A DNA stretch of 64,000 nucleotides from Octopus sinensis (taxonomy: Eukaryota), in the NCBI RefSeq assembly GCF_006345805.1, contig NC_043019.1, positions 11,903,360 through 11,967,359 of the forward strand. Reading direction: 5' to 3'. The stretch's first letter is position 1. Every line of letters starts with the position of its first letter. The translations under genes and the position numbers were made by a program. The notes under the pieces are model-generated. The model saw nothing but the letters and a program-made list of their open reading frames with translations, was not told the origin of the DNA and did no database searches. Below are positions 53,191-64,000 of this stretch, piece by piece.

Positions 53191-53736
53191 GCTTAACTTG
53201 ATAACCAGCTGATCTAGCAAGCGGGGCCTCATATCAATGAGGGGAGGCCGGTGCGCATTGATGCCGTCGTGAGGTAGGCCCCGAAACGGCGCGCATTCTC
53301 TCCTGATGACCCCATACACTTGCTGGCTTCTGGTATACGGAGCTTTTGACAGGTACCACTTGCATGTGCAAGTTGTTTGCAAGACAATTAGTCATTACTT
53401 ATTTTACCTCATTTTTCGGCATCATTTTTTTGAAAATTGAAAATTATCAAATTAGCTATTAGTGGGCGAACAAAAAAAAAATGATTTGAAATCCAACAGA
53501 GAAAAGAATATTGATAGTTAAACACCCAAAATTATCCATATATTTTATTAACAACCTTAATTACAATCGGGTGAAATTTGAGGAAAGATTTTATGAGAAA
53601 AAGATGTACTTGTCATCTGGCTCTGCTCCTAACTCTCTCAACTTCAACAGCAACTATGCTGGCCTATTTTTACTCTTAAAGATGATGTACAAAACGATGA
53701 TGCGATACTTTCAACTGATGGTTTCAAACAGGTAGA

Positions 53737-54132
53737 GGCACAGGAGTGGCTGTGTGGTAAGTAGCTTGTTCCGGGTTCCTGGTTCCGGGTTCAGTCCCAC
53801 TGCGTGGCACCTTGGGCAAGTGTCTTCTACTATAGCCTCGGGCCGACCAAAGCCTTGTGAGTGGATTTGGTAGACGGAAACTGAAAGAAGCCCGGAGTAT
53901 ATATGTATATATATATATATATGCGTGTGTGTGTTTGCCCCCCTAGCATTGCTTGACAACCGATGCTGGTGTGTTTATGACCCCGTTACTTAGCGGTTCG
54001 GCAAAAGGGACCGATAGAATAAGTACTGGGCTTACAAAAAGAATAAGTCCCGGGGTCGAGTTGCTCGATTAAAGGCGGTGCTCCAGCATGGCCGCAGTCA
54101 AATGACTGAAATAAGTAAAAGAGTAAAGAGTA
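53737..54132 (+). mobile_element. SINE family A copy
   Basis: Full-length match. Confidence 0.8.
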
Positions 54133-54954
54133 AAATAAGGAGAAATTAGAGATTACTCATTTTACCCCGCTTACTGTCCCATTCATCGTTTGTACGTACG
54201 AATATAAAATTCCCATTCAGACAAAAGTTTCAATCCTTATCTTTTTATACTTTACTAACGGTTAAGAATTTAAGGCGATCTTTCGATTTGACTCGTAGAA
54301 ATGCCAAACTAAACAGCTGATCCATCAGCTGTTAAGGTACAGCGTTCGGTAAAATCCGTAAAAAATTTCTATTTATTTTTGCGGGTAGAAATGTACATTT
54401 TGTTTGAAGTCAGCATAAAGTGAAAGAGAAACGAAATGAACAGGGGCGTGTGTATGTGTTGATGGGGGTGTGTGCGAGACAGAAAGTGTGTGTTGTTTGT
54501 GTATGTGTGTGTGTGTGTGTGAGAAAGAGAGAGAGAGTGACAGCGTACTTTATTTTTTTCTCCCATTTTGTGAGTGATTGACCGAGAGAGAGCGTAATTT
54601 TTTCTTATTTATTTACTTTTCCTTGCATCTTTTTTTCAGTGTTTGTGTGAGAGAGAAAGAGGTGTCTTGCTTTGTGTCACTCACTAAAAAAAAAAAAAAA
54701 GATGCGAGAAAAACTATATAAACGCACATTATATAAAGGCGGTGCTCCAGCATGGCCACAGTCACATGACTGAAACAAGTAAAAGAGTAAATAAAAAAGA
54801 AATTACGCTATCACTCTCTGCCTCTCTCACACACACAGAGCAAGACACACCATCCCTCTCTCTGATGACACCTCTCTCTCTCTCTCAGTCAATCACATAC
54901 TGAAAAAAAGATGCGAGAAAAAATAAATAAATAAGTAAAATTTACACCATCACC

Positions 54955-54986
<32 letters not shown>

Positions 54987-55949
54987 CACACACATTATCT
55001 CTCTCTCTCTCTCTCTATCTTACACACACAGCAACAACCTCCTCTCTCTCTCTCCCTCTCTGCACACACCTGCGAGTTAAAACGATCTAAATACGATTAT
55101 AAAAAGACAAGAAAAAAAAACAACAACAGAATAAGCTCTTCACACGCAAACTGTATTTATTTCACTCCAGACGTTCTGATTACATCTAATGGATTCTGAC
55201 TTCTATATACTAAGTTGTCTAAACATTTTCGTGGTTTATACCAAACAGTAAAGAACAAAACTGCCAGCCGTCACTGACGATTGAGTATAGCTTAGAAACA
55301 TGTACTTAGTTTTCGTTGGTTGTGTCTAGGTGCTTATGTTGACGCAAGCAGACACAATCAACCTCTCGGCTCTCTTTACTCTTGACCGAGCGGAAAAAGA
55401 CAGGACGTAACGGATAGAGGAAAACACAGCTGCATCAGCAAATAGCTGACATTGACATCCAGATGAGTTGTGTGGAAAAATGTGCGTTGTTCAAGGTCAC
55501 GGCAAGCCGACCGGTTCGCGTATTGAATCCGCGAATGACAGCATCTCACCGCATATCATACGTATGGTATGACCTTACGAACGACAGTATCTCACCACGT
55601 AATATACGAGTATTATAAATGATTTCATATCTACCAGAAATTAAGCCGATTGTCTACCAGTCACACGTAAATAAGTACCGCGCTTAAAATACAATATTTA
55701 TAATGATATTGGATCTTTTCCTTTCGAAGGCCAGATTTCAACACAATTTCTAGTTAACTAAACACTTTAAAACTTCGTATACTGGTAGAATGTGTCAAAA
55801 TAAAACATTTTTTTCTCTTGGATTTCTTGATAAAATTGTAATTCGTTTGTTTAACGTAGTTTAATTTTTCGAATTTTAACCAATCAATTGCCTCTAATTG
55901 AGCTAAAATCATTTGCTGCGTCTAAAACTGAGACAACATTCTGTCACTA

Positions 55950-55973
55950 ACCCTAACCCTAACCCTAACCCTA
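55950..55973 (-). repeat. Short interstitial (TTAGGG)4
   Basis: CTAACCCTAACCCTAACCCTAACCCTAA. Confidence 0.7.
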
Positions 55974-56639
55974 AATTTTAGCCTTTCGTATTTTTTTTTT
56001 CTTAATTGTTAAATTAATTTAAGGATAAAAGGAAAAGATCCATGATATTTTATAACACATTTACGAATTCTAATTTATAACAAAAGAGAGAAAGAGAGAG
56101 AGAGAAAGGGAGGAGAGACCGTACTTTGCATCTCTAGTATATCTAACATCTTAAGATAATGTATAGACTGTAGTAGTGGGGTAGGCTTAAAGGCTGTGTG
56201 GAGGTAGTACCTTTCCCTGTGTGATGTGCAATATATAGCTCCTCCTTAAATATAGACCGCACACTCTAAGGCAATCAGTCATACTCAGGGAAACCTGTAA
56301 CTCTGATTTAGTAGCAAGACCGCCTGGCTTCACGACGACAGCCTATTCTCACTGGACTGGGCGGATCTAGGAGCGGAGTGATATGTCGAAAAAGGAAAAC
56401 GAAACCCAAGTCCCCAACGGCAGAACAAAAGAATGAAGACTTGTCTAATCGGCTGAACTGGTTGAAGAGACCAATGCCAGACGGACTGGCTACGAAGACC
56501 AGCTCAAGCAATACAAGTCTACAGTACCTGGGTCACTTCCTGACAAGTCGGTATCTACCCTAATTAAAACCACGCCACCGGCCGTAGTGAAATTTTTTAG
56601 GAGATCGAAAGCGACTTGAAGAGGTGTGTATGTTTAGAA

Positions 56640-57012
56640 TGGAGGGGCAATGGCCCAGTGGTTAGGGCAGCGGACTCGCGGTTTCGATTCCCAGACCGGG
56701 CGTTGTGAGTGTTTATTGAGCGAAAACACCTAAAAGTTCCACGAGGCTCCGGCAGGGATGGTGGTGATCCCTGCTGTACTCTTTCACCACAACTTTCTCT
56801 CACTCTTACTTCCTGTTTCTGTTGTACCTGTATTTCAAAGGGCCGGCCTTGTCACTCTCTGTGTCACACTGAATATTTCCGAGAACTACGTTAAGGGTAC
56901 ACGTGTCTGTGGAGTGCTCAGCCACTTACACGTTAATTTCACGAGCAGGCTGTTCCGTTGATCGGATCAACCGGAACACTCATCGTCGTAACCGACGGAG
57001 TGCTTCCATCCA
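56640..57012 (+). mobile_element. tRNA-derived SINE family C
   Basis: A box TGGCCCAGTGG, B box GGTTTCGATTC; related copies at about 690-1038 (-), 22173-22560 (+) and 36112-36397 (-). Confidence 0.7.
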
Positions 57013-58368
57013 TGTTTAGAGTAAATCGAACTTTTAGGAATGACCACGAACGTCGTCGAAAAACTCTATTAGATATAAAATTAGTTCACTTGGTATAAAA
57101 TTCGAGAGTAAGACAGAAACGCTCAACGAACCAATCAGAACACAATTTCTGTATGACCCAGCTTTTCTGCTAAACTTCCCTGTAACAGGCCAACAGATTT
57201 GGAGACACTTTGTCAGCACGTTAAGCATACAATGGCTTAAATTTCAAATCTCAAGTGATATTTGCTCCCGTCAACAATGTGAAACGATCTTTTGTACTTT
57301 ATAATCTGATACCCTTTTTCCTTCTTTGAAATAAATAATTTTCAGTGGATAACCTCTTCAAAAATAACCCACAATCATTTACACCAAACATTAAATTTAT
57401 TGAATATTTACCGCTTTGTGTTGCGCCCTTCAGTTATATTGGATATTTTGATGTAGTCTTCATTGTTGATAACCTTGTTAATTAAATGTTATAACAATTA
57501 AATCCTTCTTAAACTTTTCGAACTATCCACGGGGAGCAGCAAATATTTGAGTGATTACCTCAGTTTCTTGTTTCAACTGTTTAACCCTTTAGCATTTAAA
57601 CTGACCATATCTGGCTCTAATAGTCCAATTTCTTTATTGCCCACCGGGGGCCAAACAGAGAAATGGACAGAACAACTGATGGAATCAGTGAAGCGATATG
57701 ATTTTACATATAATGTGACTTTAAAAATTTAGATACAATATATAAAAATCGAATGGAATTAACAATACAAAAACAATACAAATGAAGCGATGATCAGGCC
57801 ACACTCCGACCCCACAAGCCCCGATCTACCGCTGGTACCTTTTTTTTTTTCTCTGGCTCTAATATTCCACATGTTTTAAGTTCAGACCAGCTGGATCCGG
57901 CCTTTCACACCTACCCTGCATTATCATTCTAAAAATAAACATTCGCGACGTCGTAATCTCGAAGCTACAAGACAATGCACGATTAATTCAAAACAATGAG
58001 AAAAAAAAAAAAGCATGACATTTGACAGAGTAGCCTGAATGCTGAAGGGGTTAAATAAAAATTGACCCTGGATAATGGCATGGGAAAGCGGCAAGTGACG
58101 CCCTATAATATCATCCACCTAAACGTTTAACAATTCGACAGTTTCTCTATATTTTCCATGATTTTTCTGTGTCCGTCTTTGTTTTAAAAACGTTATGCAT
58201 ATTTCAATTTTATATGACAAATTTTGTCACATTGATTCATTTTGATTTTTAAAGTCGGCAGTGTTAAGTCATGAAGCAATTACAACTATTTATAAATCAT
58301 TAAAAACGACAACTAATTCCTTTGAATTTATGACATGCAGACATTAAAAAGACTTTTAGGCAATCTTT

Positions 58369-58764
58369 CTCTAGTAGACCTTTCCGTCGATTTCCGTAAA
58401 AAAATTTTTTTTTTTACATATGGGCTTGCGGGAACTTTTGAAGTAATGAGAGCGAAAGAGACTAAGAGAAAGCGATTGTATGACGAGGGAAGTTCTTTTG
58501 AAGTTACCGTCCAGGGGAAGCATTGATGTACATATGTGTGTGTATGTGTTTGATGGGGTGTGGGAGACAGACACTATGTTGTGTAAGTGAAGTGCTTCTG
58601 TTAGGGTGTGTGAAGAGACAGAGTAATGTGTGAAAGAAAGAGATAACTGAAATTTTTTACTCGGTGTATGTGTATATGTATGTATATTACTTCAAAAGTT
58701 CCCGCAAGCCCATATGTAAAAAAAAAAAAAAAATTACGGAAATCGACGGAAAGGTCTACTAGAG
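58369..58764. repeat. Inverted repeat, ~79-bp arms (MITE-like)
   Basis: 58369-58447 is the reverse complement of 58686-58764 apart from homopolymer length. Confidence 0.7.
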
Positions 58765-59222
58765 ACGAAAGATCGCCGACTTTTAAAAAGACTTCAATTA
58801 TTTATACTCTTAAAACAAATACTCGCGCGGACATTTTCGTTTCTCTTTCTACTTCAATAATCTTTAGTGTAGTATCTAATTGGAATCTTTTCACTTTGAC
58901 CGGCAGATTTTAAAAATAATTTCCACGTTAACTAAACACTTTTAAACTTCGTATACTGGTAGAATGTGTTTATAAAACATCTTTTTCTCTTGGCTTAAGA
59001 TCCTCTAATTGTGTTACTTTATATTTACGTGACATGGGATAACAACGACAATAAATGAATTTCACTTGTCATTCAGTCACGATCAGCCGTCAGGTAAAAC
59101 ACGACTAGGCTCATTTTTTTTGACATAATAGATATATCTGGTTATTCTGCCCAAAGTATTGAGTTTTTACACTATGTATAGTGTGTACATGGTACGATTC
59201 GTACATATACATACATATATAT

Positions 59223-59394
59223 AGGCGCAGGAGTGGCTGTGTGGTAAGTAGCTTGCTAACCAACCACATGGTTGCGGGTTCAGTCCCACTGCGTGGCACC
59301 TTGGGCAAGTGTCTTCTGCTATAGCCTCGGGCTGACCAATGCCTTGTGAGTGGATTTGGTAGACGGAAACTGAAAGAAGCCTGTCGTATATATG

Positions 59395-59433
<39 letters not shown>

Positions 59434-59632
59434 GTGTGTGTGTTTGTCCCCCTAGCATTGCTTGACAACCGATGCTGGTGTGTTTACGTCCCCGTAACTT
59501 AGCGGTTCGGCAAAAGAGACCGATAGAATAAGTACTGGGCTTACAAAGAATAAGTCCCGGGGTCGATTTGCTCGACTAAAGGCGGTGCTCCAGCATGGCC
59601 GCAGTCAAATGACTGAAACAAGTAAAAGAGAA
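59223..59632 (+). mobile_element. SINE family A copy
   Basis: Full-length match. Confidence 0.8.
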
Positions 59633-60806
59633 AGAGTATATATCTTATACACACACACACACATAGAGGCGTGGCTGTTTGGTTTGCTTCCTAACCATAC
59701 GGTTCTGAGTTCAGTCCCACAGCACGACACTTTGGGCAAGCGTCTTCTTCTACAGCCGCGGGCCCACCAAAGCATGGTGAGCGGATTTGGTAGACGGAAA
59801 CTGAAAGAAGCTCGTCATAGAATATACATACTTCAGGAAAGGTAAAATCTGTATAAATGCTTAACTTGTATAAATACCTTTATAAATATAAATACAGTGC
59901 GATACACTGAATGAATTGCAGCAACACTTAATTAAAACATTTATATAGATTTTTCCTTGTGTGAAGTGTGTATACATTTCTTTTTTTGGTGGACTTTGTG
60001 TCTGTGTGTGCGTGCTACCATAGCCTGACAACCGTAGCTTATGCCCTGTAACTTAGCGGCTCAATAAACGAAATCAATTGAATGAGTATCATGCTTAAAA
60101 ATAAAAACGAGACTGAGATCGATTCGTTCGACCAAAATCCTTCGAGTCTGTGCCCCAGCATGGCTGCAGCCCAATGAGTGAAACAAGTGGAAGATATTGG
60201 GAGTGGGGCAAAATTAGTAATCGGGGTAAAATGAGTAATCTCTAGTTTTTCGTTTATTTTTAATCCAGTTTCATTTAATTTCATACCATGTACTATTTTC
60301 CCCTGAACCTCTTTCATTTGACCGAGATATTTGTCTATTTATTTATTTATTCGCATTCCTGACCTTTCTGATGTCTAAAGAGAGATACTGATGTTGTATA
60401 AGTCTGTTTTCTGGAGAATTGAAGCAGCAAATTTACCAGATCTTGGCTTACTCATTTTGCCCCAGATAAATTTGACTTTTATATGCTCAAAGAGAACGGC
60501 GGAATAGTGATCACGTTATATTATAATATTTTTAATGCATTTAAGGAAGGCTATTTGCTTAGCTGATATAGTTTTTGTAAGGTGGTGAGCATTTAAAAAA
60601 AAAAACTTCTCAAAGTCAAAAATTCAGCAAAAACTCCTCACCCCATCTCAGGTCAAGTCTATATGCCTGTGTATGTGTGTGATAGAGAGAGAGGGAGAGC
60701 GAGAGATGCGTGGGTGTATGTGGTTGTCAACGTTCCGCCAAACTGAATTGCAACAAAAGCTATATAATATGTATATAATGTATAAAATTAAAATAAAAAA
60801 TTTCCT

Positions 60807-60878
60807 TGACGTCATCTAAAACGTAGCAAATCCGTTTAGTACGACAAATGAGAGTTACGTCCCTTGCCTATCGATTGG
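60807..60878. promoter_or_regulatory. Putative NTPCR promoter: CRE palindrome TGACGTCA (60807-60814) and inverted CCAAT box (60874-60878)
   Basis: Exact motifs within about 115 nt upstream of the ATG; function untested. Confidence 0.45.
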
Positions 60879-60921
60879 TGATCCTCCCATCCTTGAGGAA
60901 TTTCTCAAGACCTTTTGAAGC

Positions 60922-61515
60922 ATGGCGGAGTGTGAGGCAGTCGAGTCTGAGATCAGACACGTTCTAATCACTGGTGCACGAGGTGTGGGCAAGACAACCG
61001 TATTACAGAAAGCCTGCGAGGAATTGGAGAAACAGGGTTTTGCACTTCATGGATTTTACAGGGAAAAAGTTCGACATTTTGGTCGAGGAAAAGGCTATGA
61101 TGTGGTCAGCCTGAACAAAGAAAGGGCAAAGCTGTCGCGAGTGGACGACGAAGGAGGTTTCCTCAACCGTCATGATCCGAACCGAAGTGGTCGCTATCTC
61201 GTGCAAGTGGAAGAGTTCGAAGAATTCGTTTTGCCTCTGTTGCATGCTAGCAATACCGGAATAACTGTTATAGACGAAATCGGAAAATTAGAAGCCTACA
61301 GCCGAGGATTCCACCAAGCCGTGCTCAGTCGGTTGGACGATCCACGCTCGAAAGTTTTCGCCACGATTCCGGCGAGAAAAGGACGACCCATTCCTTTGGT
61401 GGAACAAGTACGGAACCGAACGGATGTAAAGATTTTTACAGTAACCAAAGAGAATCGCCACGGCATTCTGTCGAACGTTCTAAGTGTAATGAAAAAAATT
61501 GCTTCTGAAAATTAA
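60922..61515 (+). CDS. NTPCR: Cancer-related nucleoside-triphosphatase homolog (THEP1/NTPase_1 family), single-exon ORF
   Basis: Walker A HVLITGARGVGKTT, GFY..E/K, Walker B VIDEIGKLE, C-terminal ATIP..KG.P..LVE.VRNR.DVK.F.VTKENR; full length, uninterrupted, good Kozak context (agcATGG). Confidence 0.93.
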   Translation: MAECEAVESEIRHVLITGARGVGKTTVLQKACEELEKQGFALHGFYREKVRHFGRGKGYDVVSLNKERAKLSRVDDEGGFLNRHDPNRSGRYLVQVEEFEEFVLPLLHASNTGITVIDEIGKLEAYSRGFHQAVLSRLDDPRSKVFATIPARKGRPIPLVEQVRNRTDVKIFTVTKENRHGILSNVLSVMKKIASEN

Positions 61516-64000
61516 TTTTCGTGAAAGAATTCTCCATTTACACTGAAGTTGTATAATATATGTAAGTATATATTGCTTGGACGGATCATGGTCGAGACAG
61601 CCAAAAAAAAAAAGAATCAACAACACTCCCTTTCGTCTCAACTTCAAAATCTCTCGTTATATCTAGACGAATTGTTACCCTCTTCTCTCTATACTTCTTA
61701 CAGCCTTTTTCATCTCATTTTTTCCTCGCTTCCCAACCATCTTTCTTTGACATTGCATCTATGTGTCTGTCTCTCTTTCTTTCTTTCACACACCCATTTT
61801 CTATTATCCCAAACGAGAGGTACCCGCATTGTTATTGACTACACGGAACACTAACTGCAAAACAAATGTCAATTGTACAGTGTTATTACTGTTTTATTAT
61901 CAGAAAGATTGTTGCTGGCACGAATCGGTAAAACACCAAACAAAATACTTTTTGGAATTGAACTTTTTTGTGTTCTGAATCCAAACTATGTTGGAGATCG
62001 ATAGTATCGATCTCAGTAGTATATTGATATCAATGTAATTAATTGCTAACGCACTGGCGTACATTCGTGGCGCCGTCACTGCTAATGCTCCTGACTACCA
62101 AATTTAGGACCCGGTTTCAATTTCTCTCTACAGATCAATATTTGTATATTTTGCTCTCAAGATTTTTATGGCTTGAACGAATCAGAATTGCTCAGCAGAA
62201 CTTTTTAACATTCCCCCATGTCAACTATAATAAAAGCCAGAGCACAGACATATCCACTTACGATCCAACATACAGGTTTTTTTTTATGTTCTTGTACACA
62301 CACAAACTGGATAAAAGACCATTACAAAAACCGGAAATCATTGAAAAAGAAAAAGCTCGAAATTCCTGGAAGTATACAACAGTATTAAGGAAGCTTTCTA
62401 ATGTATTTATTTATATATTTTTTTTGTACACCCATTTGCTTTTATTACTTTATGAATACATATCTATGCGTTTGGCACCAATAAGAAAATGTGTGTATAT
62501 ATATCAGCCTCAACCATCACATTTGTTGCACAGCATATGTGAAATTAAAATGAACTCTTTAATTTTGACATTTACATGACGTATGTGAGTCTGGCTGTGT
62601 GCATATGTGTTACGTATATATATGACGCTTTACTGGACTGGAAATTATTATTATAAAGTGCTATATTTTTGTAAATATTTAATTCTTTCAACTTCTATGT
62701 ATCGACTGTTCTTTAAAAACACCCACGATCTAATCTAAATAATGTGTGTGTGTGTGGATGTTTAAACAACCTCGTTGGTTATTGTGAGTTATATGAATAG
62801 TTTTGGGTTAGCTGTCTTTAAATTTCTTTTTATTTGTGTGTGTGTGTGTGTCGCCAGCTATGCTACATCGACAATCACAACAACAGTGTAGCGTACCAAT
62901 CCCTGTCTAATATCGAGGCGTGCTGCGTAGGTGGGTTGTATATTTAGTAACATATTTGCCTGTCAGCAGCTAAACGACATTCAAGAGGACGACGACTGCA
63001 GGTTGGGAATGGCGGGGAAGAGACGGGCAAATCTTTGTCAATGTGTTTAAATGGCACAGCGATCCAAAATGTTAAGCAATGATGAAAAAGGTGAAGGTTT
63101 CAACGACGAGTGCGGTTGACAACCAGCTGATTAGTGACACCATAGTTTGCCTCTTTTTTTCTTTTCTTTTCTTTCTTTTTTTTTTTACTCCTACACTTAC
63201 AGGATTGCGGCCATGCTTGAAGCACTTGCCTTAAAGTATTTAGGCAATCAAATCGCCACCTTCCCACCGTGCTTTTTGGTACTTATTTTATCTGGTAATT
63301 TTATCGCTGTATATTTATCGAACTGCTTGGTTACGGGGACGCAAACCGACACCGGTTGTCTGGCAGCACGAAACACAAAAACGTGCACATGTACATAACA
63401 CATACACACACACGACGAGCACTCACACAGTTTCCGGTTTATCAAATGCACTCACAAAACATTGGTCACTTCTAAAACATTTTACGAATAGTGTGTGTTG
63501 GGGTGGGGGTGGGGACTAAGTATTTTAGCAATTACTGGTTTTCTCATTGTAAACTCCAATTTATGATATATTCTGATGTTTTCACATCATCCTCATCATT
63601 TATCGTCCGTTTTCCATGTTGGCATGGGTTGGACAGTTTTGGCAGGATCTGAGGAGCCACAGGGCTGCATCGGGCTCCAATATCAGTTTCGGTCTGGTTT
63701 CTCTGGCTGAATGCCCTACCCAATGCCAACCACTTTACAGGGTGGACAATGTGTTCTTTACATGGCACTAGCAGAGACACAAGGCATTGGTTTGCCTGGG
63801 AAGTAGAAGACACTTAACCAAGGTGTCATGCAGTGGGACTGAACCCAAAACTGTGTGGTTAGGAAACGACTTTCTTAACTGTACAGCCACGCTGGTATGG
63901 ACCAGGCAGTTTGAATCTAATGCTTACCAGGACTGCATTGAGCACCAGTGTCTGCTTTGGCGTGGTTTCTATGGCCAGATGCCCTTCCTGATGCCACCCA

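Noticed and set aside
55950-55973. Telomere or chromosome end
   Set aside because: Only four units, embedded in a dispersed repeat with ordinary sequence on both sides.
56640-56715. tRNA gene candidates at SINE heads (also 22433, 7894, 45982)
   Set aside because: A and B boxes are present but there is no complete cloverleaf, and each continues into a repeated SINE body.
62043-62579. 178-aa ORF downstream of NTPCR
   Set aside because: No ATG start, no recognisable domain, AT-rich composition; probably 3' UTR or intergenic.
62850-63120. Possible first exon of a further gene
   Set aside because: ATG-initiated frames stop within about 25 codons and no consistent splice partner was found in the window.

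Overview
AT-rich, repeat-dense animal DNA. The SINE, microsatellite and MITE content suggests a coleoid cephalopod such as Octopus (inference). I reconstructed three protein-coding genes by hand from GT-AG splice sites and frame continuity: (1) SDHB, + strand, 9 coding exons, 8619..25763, 292 aa; (2) an F-box/WD40 gene most like FBXW9, - strand, 8 coding exons, 40856..32010, 438 aa; (3) an intronless NTPCR-like P-loop NTPase, + strand, 60922..61515, 197 aa. Most other ORFs in the track are artefacts of microsatellites or SINEs. The rest is mobile DNA: at least three tRNA-headed SINE families, an RTE-type (ATG)n-tailed element, non-autonomous Helitrons (including a six-unit head-to-tail array), and hAT-, piggyBac-, mariner- and Merlin-like MITEs. 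The most unusual structures are a Penelope-type hammerhead-ribozyme-like motif within inverted repeats in an FBXW9 intron, a 5S rRNA/SINE-tail chimera bracketed by a 24-bp inverted repeat, a 2-kb tandem-plus-inverted foldback with 13-bp flanking direct repeats, and SINE multimers inserted as single events. No searches or folding computations were run; family names rest on recalled motifs.
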